Shown here one piece after another: positions 45,899 through 55,782 of a stretch of 64,000 nt of DNA (position 1 is its first letter; the number at the start of each line of letters is the position of its first letter). The notes below the pieces were generated by a model. It made no database searches. It was not told the DNA's origin and was given only the letters and a program-made list of their open reading frames with translations. Source of the stretch: Alphaproteobacteria bacterium (GTDB taxonomy: Bacteria; Pseudomonadota; Alphaproteobacteria; MPNO01). The DNA lies in the NCBI GenBank assembly GCA_965202835.1, contig CBDBCA010000006.1, forward strand, positions 1,731,828-1,795,827, in the 5' to 3' direction. A program made the position numbers and the translations under genes.

Positions 45899-46852
45899 CT
45901 ATGCCGCGAGCCGCCTTTCCCATTCGGCGAGCGCCGGGCCTCGCTCGTTGTCGCCGAGATGGCCGAGCGCCTGGGCCACGAAGTCCATGTCCACCATCTC
46001 GTTCCAGGCGCGGATCAGCCGCATCGTGACCGGTCCGGGCGTCGTTCCGTCGCCGATCGGAGAAGCGTTCAGGCTGCGGGCGGGCAGCATGGTGCCGCTG
46101 GTCCCGGATAGGAACGCCTCGTCGGCGGTATAGACGTCGTAGGGCGCGAACGCGTCCTCGACCACCTCGATGCCGAGCTCGTCGGCGAGCTCGATCACCG
46201 TGGCCCGGGTGATGCCGCCGAGCACGTTCCTCGCCTTCGGCGTGCAGAGCTTGCCGTTCGAGACGAAGAAGAAGTTGGCGGTGTTCGACTCGGCGATATT
46301 GCCGTCGAGGTCGAGGATCAACGGCAGGGCTTCCGGGTCGGATTGCTGGGCCTCGAACCTGGCCTGGAGCTGGTTCATCCGGTTGGTGAGCTTCGCCTTG
46401 GGATCGGCACATTGCGGGGGCGTCCGGCGCACGCCGGGAGTCACCAGCTTGAGGCCGTTGAGATAGGCATGCGCGAAACCGGTGAACCCGACTTCGAGGC
46501 AGTACATCGTCACGGTCGCGGGCGCGGCGTCGCCGAGCCGCCTGTCGCCGCGGCTGATCACCTGCCAGAGGGCATAGTCGCTATCGTCGGCCCGCAGGGG
46601 CAGGTTGCGCGCGACCGTCTCCTCGGCGATGGCGGTTATCTGCTCGCGGCTCAGCTCGGGATCGATCCGGGCATAGGCGAGCGATCGGAACAGCCGGGAG
46701 AGATGGGTCTGGAGCCGGAACAGCTTTCCATCGAAAGTACGGGCGACCTCATAGACCCCGTCGCCGCCCGAAAAGCCCCAGTCGAGGACCGACACCTTGG
46801 CCTCGCTTTCGGCCACGAACTCGCCGTTGAGGTAAACGACCTTCTCGCTCAT
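45899..46852 (-). CDS. class IV (fold type IV) aminotransferase, BCAT / D-amino-acid aminotransferase family
   Basis: Start MSEKVVYLNGEFV (ATG at 46852). Type IV pattern including ...KLTNRMNQLQA... and ...FFVSNGKLCTP. Confidence 0.75.
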   Translation of the reverse strand: MSEKVVYLNGEFVAESEAKVSVLDWGFSGGDGVYEVARTFDGKLFRLQTHLSRLFRSLAYARIDPELSREQITAIAEETVARNLPLRADDSDYALWQVISRGDRRLGDAAPATVTMYCLEVGFTGFAHAYLNGLKLVTPGVRRTPPQCADPKAKLTNRMNQLQARFEAQQSDPEALPLILDLDGNIAESNTANFFFVSNGKLCTPKARNVLGGITRATVIELADELGIEVVEDAFAPYDVYTADEAFLSGTSGTMLPARSLNASPIGDGTTPGPVTMRLIRAWNEMVDMDFVAQALGHLGDNERGPALAEWERRLAA

Positions 46853-46916
46853 CTCCCGCTCCCGATCGACTTCACCCACGTCAAGATCGCCGAATCCGGG
46901 GGACGCGGCAAGGCTC

Positions 46917-47693
46917 TCAGCCGTTTGACGCGTCCAGACCCTTGAGTCGCTCGACCGCCTGCTTGTGAAGAATGCGGTCATAGGCATCCTTCGCCGGCAG
47001 TTCGACGGCGCGCTTCAGCAGGCGACGCGCCTTGTCGCGGTATTCGTCCTCGTCCATCACCAGAAGGCCGAGCGCGTATTGCAGAGGCACCGCCTTCGCC
47101 TCGGGCGCGAGCTCCAGCGCCCGTTGAAGAGAAGCGAGAGCGTCCTTCTCCCGGGCACCATATGTAATGCGCGCCATGAACGAACCGACCGCGCCCACCA
47201 CTTCCGCGTGCCACAAGCCCAGGCTGACAAGGGCCGGCACCATCTTCGGATCGAGCCGGAGCGCCTGCTCGGTCGCATCCCGGATCTTTTCCGCATATCC
47301 GCGGTTCATCGCTTCGAACGAACCGATTGTCTGCGCGTGCCGGCCGATGGCTCGGGCCAGCTGCAGATGGGCGCCCGCATTGTCGGGATCGGATTGGATC
47401 GCTTTCTTCGCCAGCCCGATGGCCCGCGCGAACAGCGCTTCCTTCTCTTCGTCCGGAGCCTTGTAGTTCGCGTGGATCGTCACCGATTCCGCGGCTAGAG
47501 CAAGTCCTTCCGACGTTCCGACGGCCTCGGCGATCCGGGCGGCCTCGATGAACCGGCCTTCGCCATGGGCCGCCCGCGCCTCTTCGATGGATTGGGGTCC
47601 CGCCGCAAGGGACGGAAGAGAGGCCAGGACCAGACAAGAGAAGAGCAGGAGGCCGAACGCCAAACCTGCGCGGTGGATGACCTGACAGACCAT
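46917..47693 (-). CDS. exported TPR-like repeat protein
   Basis: Signal peptide MVCQVIHRAGLAFGLLLFSCLVLASLPSLAAGP, then a helical repeat pattern. Confidence 0.55.
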   Translation of the reverse strand: MVCQVIHRAGLAFGLLLFSCLVLASLPSLAAGPQSIEEARAAHGEGRFIEAARIAEAVGTSEGLALAAESVTIHANYKAPDEEKEALFARAIGLAKKAIQSDPDNAGAHLQLARAIGRHAQTIGSFEAMNRGYAEKIRDATEQALRLDPKMVPALVSLGLWHAEVVGAVGSFMARITYGAREKDALASLQRALELAPEAKAVPLQYALGLLVMDEDEYRDKARRLLKRAVELPAKDAYDRILHKQAVERLKGLDASNG

Positions 47694-47876
47694 TGGGGCA
47701 ATCCGCTTTTTTCGATTAGCCGACCCTAGCATTGGGGACGACGCCCAACAAAACATGCGAGAACCGCACACCGACCGCACTTAAGGTCGAATCGGAGACG
47801 CTCTCCCAATATGGAACGGGCTTGGGGCCTGCGTTAACCTGAGCGCGCTGTTGTCGACGATCCTCCTATTTTGCCC

Positions 47877-48038
47877 ATGACCGATTTGTTTTTCGAGCGC
47901 CCGATTCTCAATTCGCCCTATGACTATCCGGCGCGGCATTGGGAACTCGACGAAATCGGCCAGCCGACCGACCGGATTCTGGACTCGCGCCGCCGCAGGG
48001 TTGGCCGGCGTCGGCGACACTATGCCCGGCCTGGATGA
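47877..48038 (+). pseudogene. 53-codon 5' fragment resembling the N-terminus of a restriction-type helicase (Res-like) protein
   Basis: MTDLFFERPILNSPYDYPARHWELDEIGQPTDRILDSRRRR, then divergence and a stop. From memory, this is the conserved N-terminus of Res/helicase partners of Mod-like methylases. Not verified. Confidence 0.35.
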
Positions 48039-48172
48039 CATCCCTCGACGCCAAGGCGAGGCGGCGGAATGATTCTTGTGGACAGGAAGGCACGGATCGG
48101 CCATTCGCATTTGCGCGCGTTGTCCGGGTGTGACGCAGCGCGAGCGAATTCCTGAAACCAGGGAGAGGCGAC

Positions 48173-48370
48173 GTGAAACTGAAAGCGGTCGTTCACGAGG
48201 CGGAAGAAGGGGGTTATTGGGCGGCGGTGCCGGCCATCCCCGGATGCGCGACCCAGGGAGAGACTTTCGAGGAGCTTCTAAACAACCTCTGCGGGGCCGT
48301 GAAAGGATGCCTGTCGGTGGATGTCGAGGAATTCGACGTTGCGGAGGCCGGCAGGATCGGACATCCATGA
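48173..48370 (+). CDS. HicB-like (UPF0150) antitoxin-fold protein, orphan
   Basis: GTG start. EEGGYWAAVPAIPGCATQGETFEELLNNL matches the HicB N-terminal domain pattern. No hicA neighbour. Confidence 0.6.
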   Translation: MKLKAVVHEAEEGGYWAAVPAIPGCATQGETFEELLNNLCGAVKGCLSVDVEEFDVAEAGRIGHP

Positions 48371-48446
48371 GTCCGAACTGTAGGACCGGGAGGAAGGGCT
48401 GAGCGGTGGCGCTGGGTTTCGGGACGCCAAGGACAAGGAACGGCCG

Positions 48447-48737
48447 GTGAGCAGAGACGAGGTCCTGGCCCTGCTGCGGGCGCATAAGCCGGTGCTCGAA
48501 CAACGCTTCGGTATCGCCGATCTCGCCCTGTTCGGCTCGTTCGCTCGCGACCGGGCCAGCGATGAGAGCGATGTCGATATCCTGGTTCGTTTCGACGAAC
48601 CGCCGGATTGGCGTCGGTACTTCGGCGCCCAGTTCTATCTGGAGGATCTGCTCGGCCGCCCGGTCGATCTGGCGACGGACAAGACGCTCCGGGCTGAATT
48701 GCGCCCCTATGTGGAGCGGGAGGCGGTGAATGTCTGA
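48447..48737 (+). CDS. nucleotidyltransferase antitoxin (MNT)
   Basis: GSFARDRASDESDVDILV (GS-x9-13-DxD NTase motif). 96 aa. Overlaps hepT by 8 nt. Confidence 0.8.
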   Translation: MSRDEVLALLRAHKPVLEQRFGIADLALFGSFARDRASDESDVDILVRFDEPPDWRRYFGAQFYLEDLLGRPVDLATDKTLRAELRPYVEREAVNV

Positions 48738-49095
48738 CGCCGGCGAAACGCCGCGAGAATGGCGCTTCCACATAACCGACATGATCGAATTCGGTGAGAA
48801 GGTCCAAGCCTACACGGCCGGCCTGGATCGAGCCGGGTTCGTGGCAAGCGGCATGATCTATGACGCCACGCTGCGCAATCTCGCACTCATCGGCGAGGCG
48901 GCAAACCACATCCCCGAAACGATCCGCGACGCCCATCCGGAGATTCCATGGCGTGCCATCATCGGAGCGCGGAACCGTCTGGCTCACAGCTATCTGGAAA
49001 TCGACGACAGTATCGTCTGGAGCATGGTCGAAGACGCCGTGCCCGCGCTGCTGCCGGCGTTGCGGAAACTGTTGGACACGGCGGGCAGCAAGTAG
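48730..49095 (+). CDS. HepT-like (DUF86) RNase toxin
   Basis: Rx4HxY motif RNRLAHSY. 121 aa. Confidence 0.8.
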   Translation: MSDAGETPREWRFHITDMIEFGEKVQAYTAGLDRAGFVASGMIYDATLRNLALIGEAANHIPETIRDAHPEIPWRAIIGARNRLAHSYLEIDDSIVWSMVEDAVPALLPALRKLLDTAGSK

Positions 49096-49419
49096 ATGGC
49101 GAAACGGAAGAAGTCCAAATCCGTCGAGATCCTCGTTCACGACGAGGCGACGCGGCGGAACATCCCGACGGCGGAATACCACCCCGTCATGCCGGAGGAG
49201 GACAAGGCTCCGATCCGCGTGGCCTACGAACGCCGCAACCGCGACCTCGACCCGCAGCTCGTCTGGCGCGGCAAGGACGAGCAGGCCGCCTCCAAACTCG
49301 CCGTCCAGGCGCCGCCGCTCTACATCCGGAAGAAGGTGCACCCCAAGGTCCTGATCGACGACCTGCTGCGCCAAACGAAGGAACGGCAGGACGAGGCGAT
49401 GAAAGTGTTCCGGGTCTGA
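49096..49419 (+). pseudogene. 107-codon ORF resembling the N-terminus of a Mod-like adenine DNA methyltransferase (probable 5' fragment)
   Basis: MAKRKKSKSVEILVHDEATRRNIPTAEY...NRDLDPQLVWRGKDEQ...PPLYIRKKVHPKVLIDDLLR, then an early stop. The ATG directly abuts the hepT stop. The methyltransferase match is recalled from memory, not searched. Confidence 0.4.
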
Positions 49420-49457
49420 CGGCGGTGGCGCCTGTCGATCGACGCGAGGGAAGGAGC

Positions 49458-50156
49458 ATGGCGGAGGGCGGAGAAGGACGAAGGGAAGAACGCGGGGAGG
49501 CGCGCGTCTGGGACCGTTCGACCCGGATCTTTCACTGGGTTCTGGTCGTGCTGGTGGTCGTCTGCTACCTGAGCGGGCGGAACGGTCGGTTCGATATCCA
49601 TATCCCGGCGGGACAGGCTCTCCTCGTGCTCGTCGTCGCACGGGTGATCTGGGGCTTCGCCGGCAGCACCTCGACCCGCTTCCGTTCCTTCGTGCGCCCG
49701 GTGCGGGAGATCGTCGCTTACCTCCCCACACTCTTCCGCCGCGAGCCGGACGGGCGCGCGGGCCACAACCCGCTGGGCGGGCTGTCGGTGGTGGCGATGC
49801 TGCTCCTCCTGATCGCACAGGCGGGTCTGGGCATCTTCTCCGTCGACGTCGACGGGCTTAACGAGGGTCCGCTCAGCTTCCTGGTCAGCTACGACGCGGC
49901 GCGGAACGCCGCCGAGCTGCACGCGATAGTGGTAGATCTTCTCCTCATACTCGTCGGTCTCCACGTCGCCGCGGTGCTGTTTCACCTTCTCTACAAGCGG
50001 GAGAACCTCACCGGGACGATGCTGACCGGGCGCGCGCGGCTCGCCGAAGGAGAGACCCCGCCCCGCCTCGTCTCCGACCGGCGCGCGCTCCTCGTGCTCG
50101 TTCTGGCGGCGGCCGTCGTGCTCGGCGGGATCGAGATCGCGGCGCGCGTATTCTAG
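49458..50156 (+). CDS. cytochrome b561 family protein (PF01292-like)
   Basis: ATG at 49458 inside ORF 48948..50156. Four TM helices with conserved His residues (RIFHW, AGHNPLG). Confidence 0.6.
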   Translation: MAEGGEGRREERGEARVWDRSTRIFHWVLVVLVVVCYLSGRNGRFDIHIPAGQALLVLVVARVIWGFAGSTSTRFRSFVRPVREIVAYLPTLFRREPDGRAGHNPLGGLSVVAMLLLLIAQAGLGIFSVDVDGLNEGPLSFLVSYDAARNAAELHAIVVDLLLILVGLHVAAVLFHLLYKRENLTGTMLTGRARLAEGETPPRLVSDRRALLVLVLAAAVVLGGIEIAARVF

Positions 50157-50180
50157 CCGCGCCGACGGTTTCCGACCGGC

Positions 50181-50666
50181 TCAGTTCCGCTTCTGCCGGA
50201 ACTGGCGGTGGCAGCCGCCGCAACCGTTCTTGCCGAGGTCGCCGAACGCGGCGGCCGCGGCGCCCTTGTCGCCGGAAGCGAGCGCCGTCTTGAAGGCCGA
50301 AGCCTTGTCTCCCAGCAGTTTCGCCGCCGCGGTGAAGGCATCCCATTCTTTCCAGATGTTGTCCTTCGCCTCGGACTTGGGGTTCGCCCCCATCCCGGTA
50401 TTGGGCGGAAAGACGGCGGCGATCTTCGGTGCGGACGCGGCGATGACCGCGGCCGCCGCGGCTGCGTCATCGGCGGAGTTCCGGCCGTCGACGAAGCCCT
50501 TGATGTTGCGCATCGCGCCGCCCATGCCCTTCATGAGCTTGCTTCGTTCCTCCGCCACCTTCGCGCCCTGATCGGCGACCGCGGCCCGTTCCGGACCGAA
50601 CGCCGCGAACGCCACCGCGAGCACGACGGCCAAGCCGGCCGCCCATTTCAATTTCCCGAATTGCAT
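50181..50666 (-). CDS. cycP: cytochrome c' (class II cytochrome c)
   Basis: Start MQFGKLKWAAGLAVVLAVAFAAFG (signal peptide). C-terminal CGGCH heme-binding motif. Confidence 0.8.
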   Translation of the reverse strand: MQFGKLKWAAGLAVVLAVAFAAFGPERAAVADQGAKVAEERSKLMKGMGGAMRNIKGFVDGRNSADDAAAAAAVIAASAPKIAAVFPPNTGMGANPKSEAKDNIWKEWDAFTAAAKLLGDKASAFKTALASGDKGAAAAAFGDLGKNGCGGCHRQFRQKRN

Positions 50667-50730
50667 CGTTCCTCCCCGGAATAAGGTCTTACGAATCCTC
50701 GGAAAGCCAAGCATAGAACCCGGCGGCGCG

Positions 50731-51285
50731 CTACCCCTTGCCGGCGAATTTGGGATAGAGGTTGCGGTAGCCGAGCTTCTTGCGGCTCTCGGCGTTCTCC
50801 CGCGCCTTCTCCGGGCTCATCGGGGTGAAGCCGTAACCCTGGACCAGCCGGCACATGAAGTTCATCCGCGCGGTGACGGCGATCGCGTCGTGCAGCGCCT
50901 TCTCGTCCCAGCCGGCGGCGAACACCGCGTCCGCGTCCTCCTGGCCCACCTCGGTCGGCGTGAGGGTGAGTTTCCGAGCGTAGGCGAGGAGCGGCTTAAG
51001 GCGGCCCTCCACCGGAGCGCTTTCAAGGTTCTCGACGGCCTTGTCGATGGCATCGCCGTCCATTCCCCACGCGACCGCCGCCGCGCGATGCGCGACCCAC
51101 GCGTATCGGCAATTCGCGGTGCCGACGACGAACGCCGCGATCGCCTCGCGCTCGCCGGGGGTCAGCGGCGACGGGCCGCGCATCAGCGCCTGGCTGGTGT
51201 CCGCCCATGGCAGATAGATCTCGGGATAGGCCTCGAAGACGTTGCCCGGGCCGGCGTCCGCCGGCAGCGACTTGAAGAACGGCAC
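50731..51285 (-). CDS. peroxidase-related AhpD-like / carboxymuconolactone decarboxylase family protein
   Basis: 184 aa, TIGR01926-like pattern (GTANCRYAWVAH). Confidence 0.7.
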   Translation of the reverse strand: MPFFKSLPADAGPGNVFEAYPEIYLPWADTSQALMRGPSPLTPGEREAIAAFVVGTANCRYAWVAHRAAAVAWGMDGDAIDKAVENLESAPVEGRLKPLLAYARKLTLTPTEVGQEDADAVFAAGWDEKALHDAIAVTARMNFMCRLVQGYGFTPMSPEKARENAESRKKLGYRNLYPKFAGKG

Positions 51286-51286
51286 G

Positions 51287-52006
51287 CTATCCCTCCCCTC
51301 GTTTGTCGAAAGCGGTCTGCATTTCGGCGGTCACCGCGCGGGCGACGCACGGGGGATTCTCCGCCCGGACGATCGGCCGGCCCATGACGATGTAATCGGC
51401 CCCCGCCTCGATCGCGTCAGTTGGCGTCCCGCCCCGCTTGTGGTCGTCCCGTGCGTGACCGGCCGGGCGAACGCCCGGCGTCCCGAGAAGCAGTTTGTCG
51501 GACGGCGCGATGGCGCGAATCCTACGGGCGTCCTGGGGCGCCGCGATCAGACCGTCGCAGCCGTATTCCATCGCCTTGCGCACGCGAATTTCGATCAACT
51601 CCTCGACCGGCCGGAGATAGCCCAACTCGCGCATGTCGTCGTCGTCGAGGTTTGTGAGCACCGAAATCGCGAAGACCTTTAGATCGGAACCATGCTTGGC
51701 TTCGTTGGCGGCGAGCAGGATGTCGCGGTTGCCGTGAACCGTGACCAGGCTGACGCCGCGCTCGGCGGCGCGCGCGACGCCTTCGCGCACGGTCTCGCCG
51801 ATGTCGTACATCTTGCAGTCGAGGAAGAGCTCCTTGCCGGAACGGAGCACGAGGTCGATCAGCCCTTCGATCCCCTTCGCATAGAGAAGCCAGGGGCCGA
51901 TCTTGTAATACGCGACGGAGTCGCCGAGCGTGTCGATCAGCGTCGTAGCCTCATCGACGGTCCTAACATCGAGCGCGACGATCAACCGCCGCTTCGCTTC
52001 GATCAT
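51287..52006 (-). CDS. pyrF: orotidine-5'-phosphate decarboxylase
   Basis: LIVALDV...FLDCKMYDIGETV...GRPI motifs. 239 aa. Confidence 0.9.
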   Translation of the reverse strand: MIEAKRRLIVALDVRTVDEATTLIDTLGDSVAYYKIGPWLLYAKGIEGLIDLVLRSGKELFLDCKMYDIGETVREGVARAAERGVSLVTVHGNRDILLAANEAKHGSDLKVFAISVLTNLDDDDMRELGYLRPVEELIEIRVRKAMEYGCDGLIAAPQDARRIRAIAPSDKLLLGTPGVRPAGHARDDHKRGGTPTDAIEAGADYIVMGRPIVRAENPPCVARAVTAEMQTAFDKRGEG

Positions 52007-52416
52007 CGGCCCGCGCCGGAAAGCTGCGCGCGCTTGGCGTCGACGCGCTCGGCCTGCCGGGCGAGGTCGACCACGAAGCGGACGTGGCGGCCCTTGCCCA
52101 CCAGGTCCACGGGATCGCGAACTTCGACATCGAGCGCGATCCGCCTGCCCTCGATCTCCGCGATTGTTCCCGTGACCTCGACCCAGGAACCCTCCAGCGA
52201 GGCGCCGAGATGATCGATCTCGACCTTCATGCCGACCGTCGCCTCGCTCCCGTCGAGATGTTGGGCGATCATCCCGAGGCAGGCGATCTCGATATCGCGC
52301 ACCATCGCGGGCGTCGCGTAGACCCGCCGGTCCTCGCCGAGAACGTCGATCGTACTTTCGCGCGTGATGTCGAACCGGCGGGTGACGCTGAGCCCCGGCC
52401 TGAGCGTGTCCTTCAT
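52003..52416 (-). CDS. hotdog-fold thioesterase family protein
   Basis: C-terminal 137 aa of ORF 52003..53409 (MKDTLRPG..., ATG at 52416). ATGA overlap with pyrF. Confidence 0.6.
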   Translation of the reverse strand: MKDTLRPGLSVTRRFDITRESTIDVLGEDRRVYATPAMVRDIEIACLGMIAQHLDGSEATVGMKVEIDHLGASLEGSWVEVTGTIAEIEGRRIALDVEVRDPVDLVGKGRHVRFVVDLARQAERVDAKRAQLSGAGR

Positions 52417-52427
52417 GCTGTCTCCTG

Positions 52428-53981
<1,554 letters not shown>

Positions 53982-53991
53982 ACCCCGACGT

Positions 53992-54097
53992 CGTCATGGT
54001 CGGCGGAGGCCGACCATCCACGTTTTGTTTTGGGTTTTCCGACCTCCCAACGCAAACAAAAAAACTCGTGGATGGTCGGCCTCCGCCGACCATGACG
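53992..54097. repeat. 31-bp perfect inverted repeat (cgtcatggtcggcggaggccgaccatccacg) with 44-nt spacer, in a divergent promoter region
   Basis: Arms at 53992..54022 and 54067..54097. Each arm contains an inner palindrome (ggtcggc...gccgacc). The spacer is itself quasi-palindromic (ttttgtttt...aaacaaaaaaa). Confidence 0.8.
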
Positions 54098-54198
54098 GAG
54101 AAAAGGCAAGAGCGGGAGCCCTCCGTCGTCGAATCGGGGGGTTCGGTTGCGACCCCGCCGGACGCTCCATAGGATGCCGACATTCGGGGAGGATCGGA

Positions 54199-54651
54199 TT
54201 GCAGATCGAAGACAGCTTTACCGTCGATGCGCCGCTGGAAAGGGTCTGGGCGATGATCACCGACCCCGAGGTGGTGGGACCGTGCATCCCGGGTTGCCAG
54301 CACATCGAGGTGACAGGCCCGGATACGTACAGGGCCGACATCAAGGTCGCCGTGGGTCCCATCAAGACGACATTTACGGTCACCGTGGAGAAGACCGAGG
54401 AACGGCCGCCCCATTTCGCAGCGTCGACCACAAAGGGAGAAGAAGGCGGTCGCGCCAGCACGCTTAATGCGACCAGCACGCTGTCGCTCTCGGAAGTCGA
54501 GGGAAAGACAGAGATCGCCTACGCCTCCGACGTTTCGGTTTTCGGCCGCCTCGGCAAGTTCGGTCTCGGCGTGATGAAGAAGAAGGCGCGCGACCTCGGG
54601 CACAGTTTCGCGGATACCTTCCGGGAAAAGGTCGAGGGAATCGCCAAATGA
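54199..54651 (+). CDS. SRPBCC / CoxG-family protein
   Basis: TTG start at 54199, preceded by GGGAGG. A CoxG-like pattern spans the ORF. Confidence 0.65.
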   Translation: MQIEDSFTVDAPLERVWAMITDPEVVGPCIPGCQHIEVTGPDTYRADIKVAVGPIKTTFTVTVEKTEERPPHFAASTTKGEEGGRASTLNATSTLSLSEVEGKTEIAYASDVSVFGRLGKFGLGVMKKKARDLGHSFADTFREKVEGIAK

Positions 54652-55181
54652 CCGGGGAAGCCGTTCCCGAATACGCGCGGCTGTTCGTCGAGGGGCTGAA
54701 GGAGGCCGACGTCAGCGTCGTCGCCGCGCTGCCCGAATCGCTGCTCGCTAGCGTTTATCGCCTGTGCGCGGCGGACAACGCGATTCGCTACATCCAGGTC
54801 TCGAACGAGGGCGACATGCCGGGAATCTGCGCCGGTACCTATCTCGCCGGCAAACGGGCGCTGATGATCATGGAGAATTCCGGGATCCGGCAGTGCTGCG
54901 AGCCGGTCGCGCGCCTCGCCTTCCAACACGCGGTGCCGATGGTGATGGCGATGAGCTATCGCGGCGAATGGGGCGAGCAGAACTGGTGGGGCCACAACCA
55001 CGCGCAGACCATGGCGCCGATTCTCGATTCGCTTCGCATTCCCCACCGCTTCGTCACGGAGACGGACGAGATCAAGCCGGCGATCAGTCGCGCATTCAAG
55101 CACGCCGACGGCAGCAACTGGCCGGTCGCGCTGGTGTTCTCGGGCGACTGCGTGGAGCTTCCCTCCTATGCGAAGGATTGA
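54648..55181 (+). CDS. TPP-dependent decarboxylase, alpha (N-terminal PYR domain) subunit, sulfopyruvate/phosphonopyruvate decarboxylase ComD-like
   Basis: 177 aa with a ComD-like TPP_enzyme_N pattern. ATGA overlap with the coxG-like gene. Confidence 0.7.
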   Translation: MTGEAVPEYARLFVEGLKEADVSVVAALPESLLASVYRLCAADNAIRYIQVSNEGDMPGICAGTYLAGKRALMIMENSGIRQCCEPVARLAFQHAVPMVMAMSYRGEWGEQNWWGHNHAQTMAPILDSLRIPHRFVTETDEIKPAISRAFKHADGSNWPVALVFSGDCVELPSYAKD

Positions 55182-55776
55182 CGCTTTCCGCGCGATCGCG
55201 CCGATGGTCTCGGCCGAAGACCTGGTGACGACCTCGATCGGGGCGACCTGGGACGACTGGTGGAACCTGAAGCCCGCCGACAATACCTTCTTCACGGGCG
55301 TCCTGGGTTCGGTGACGTCGACCGCGCTGGGGCTCGCGGTATCGCTGCCGCATCGGCGCATCGTCGCCTTCGAGAGCGATGGCTCGATGCTGATGAACAC
55401 CGGCATCCTGTGCACGCTGGGTGCCGAGCGCCCACCCAACCTGACGGTCCTCGTCTTCGACAACGGCATATACGAGAATATCGGCGGACCGCCCACGCTG
55501 ACCTCGAAGAATACCGATCTCGCGCGGATGGCCGAAGGGGCGGGATGCCTCAACTGCGCGACGGCCGGCGATCCGGACGCGCTGGCCGAGAGATTCTCCA
55601 CGATGCTCGACGACGGCGAGATGGGCTATCTGGTCGCCAAGATCGAGCCTGGCAAGCATCCCTGGGAGTGGAAGGACCGCAAGCCGACCGACGGGATCGA
55701 AGACAAGTACCGCTTCCTGCGCTATGTCGAACGGCTGGAAGGCGTGGTCATCCACCCGGGGGCACCGCAGAACTGA
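55168..55776 (+). CDS. TPP-dependent decarboxylase, beta (C-terminal TPP-binding) subunit, ComE-like
   Basis: GSMLMN...N TPP-binding (GDG-like) region. 202 aa. Overlaps the alpha subunit. Confidence 0.7.
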   Translation: MRRIDAFRAIAPMVSAEDLVTTSIGATWDDWWNLKPADNTFFTGVLGSVTSTALGLAVSLPHRRIVAFESDGSMLMNTGILCTLGAERPPNLTVLVFDNGIYENIGGPPTLTSKNTDLARMAEGAGCLNCATAGDPDALAERFSTMLDDGEMGYLVAKIEPGKHPWEWKDRKPTDGIEDKYRFLRYVERLEGVVIHPGAPQN

Positions 55777-55782
55777 GCCGCC

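Noticed and set aside
48076-48402. 108-aa ORF overlapping hicB-like gene; possible hicA
   Set aside because: RG-rich with no HicA (dsRBD-like) pattern. A 28-codon ORF at about 48054 (MILVDRKARIGHSHLRALSGCD) also lacks HicA features, so HicB is treated as orphan.
48214-49818. 534-aa minus-strand ORF across the TA islet
   Set aside because: Antisense to four compact, motif-bearing plus-strand genes; low-complexity.
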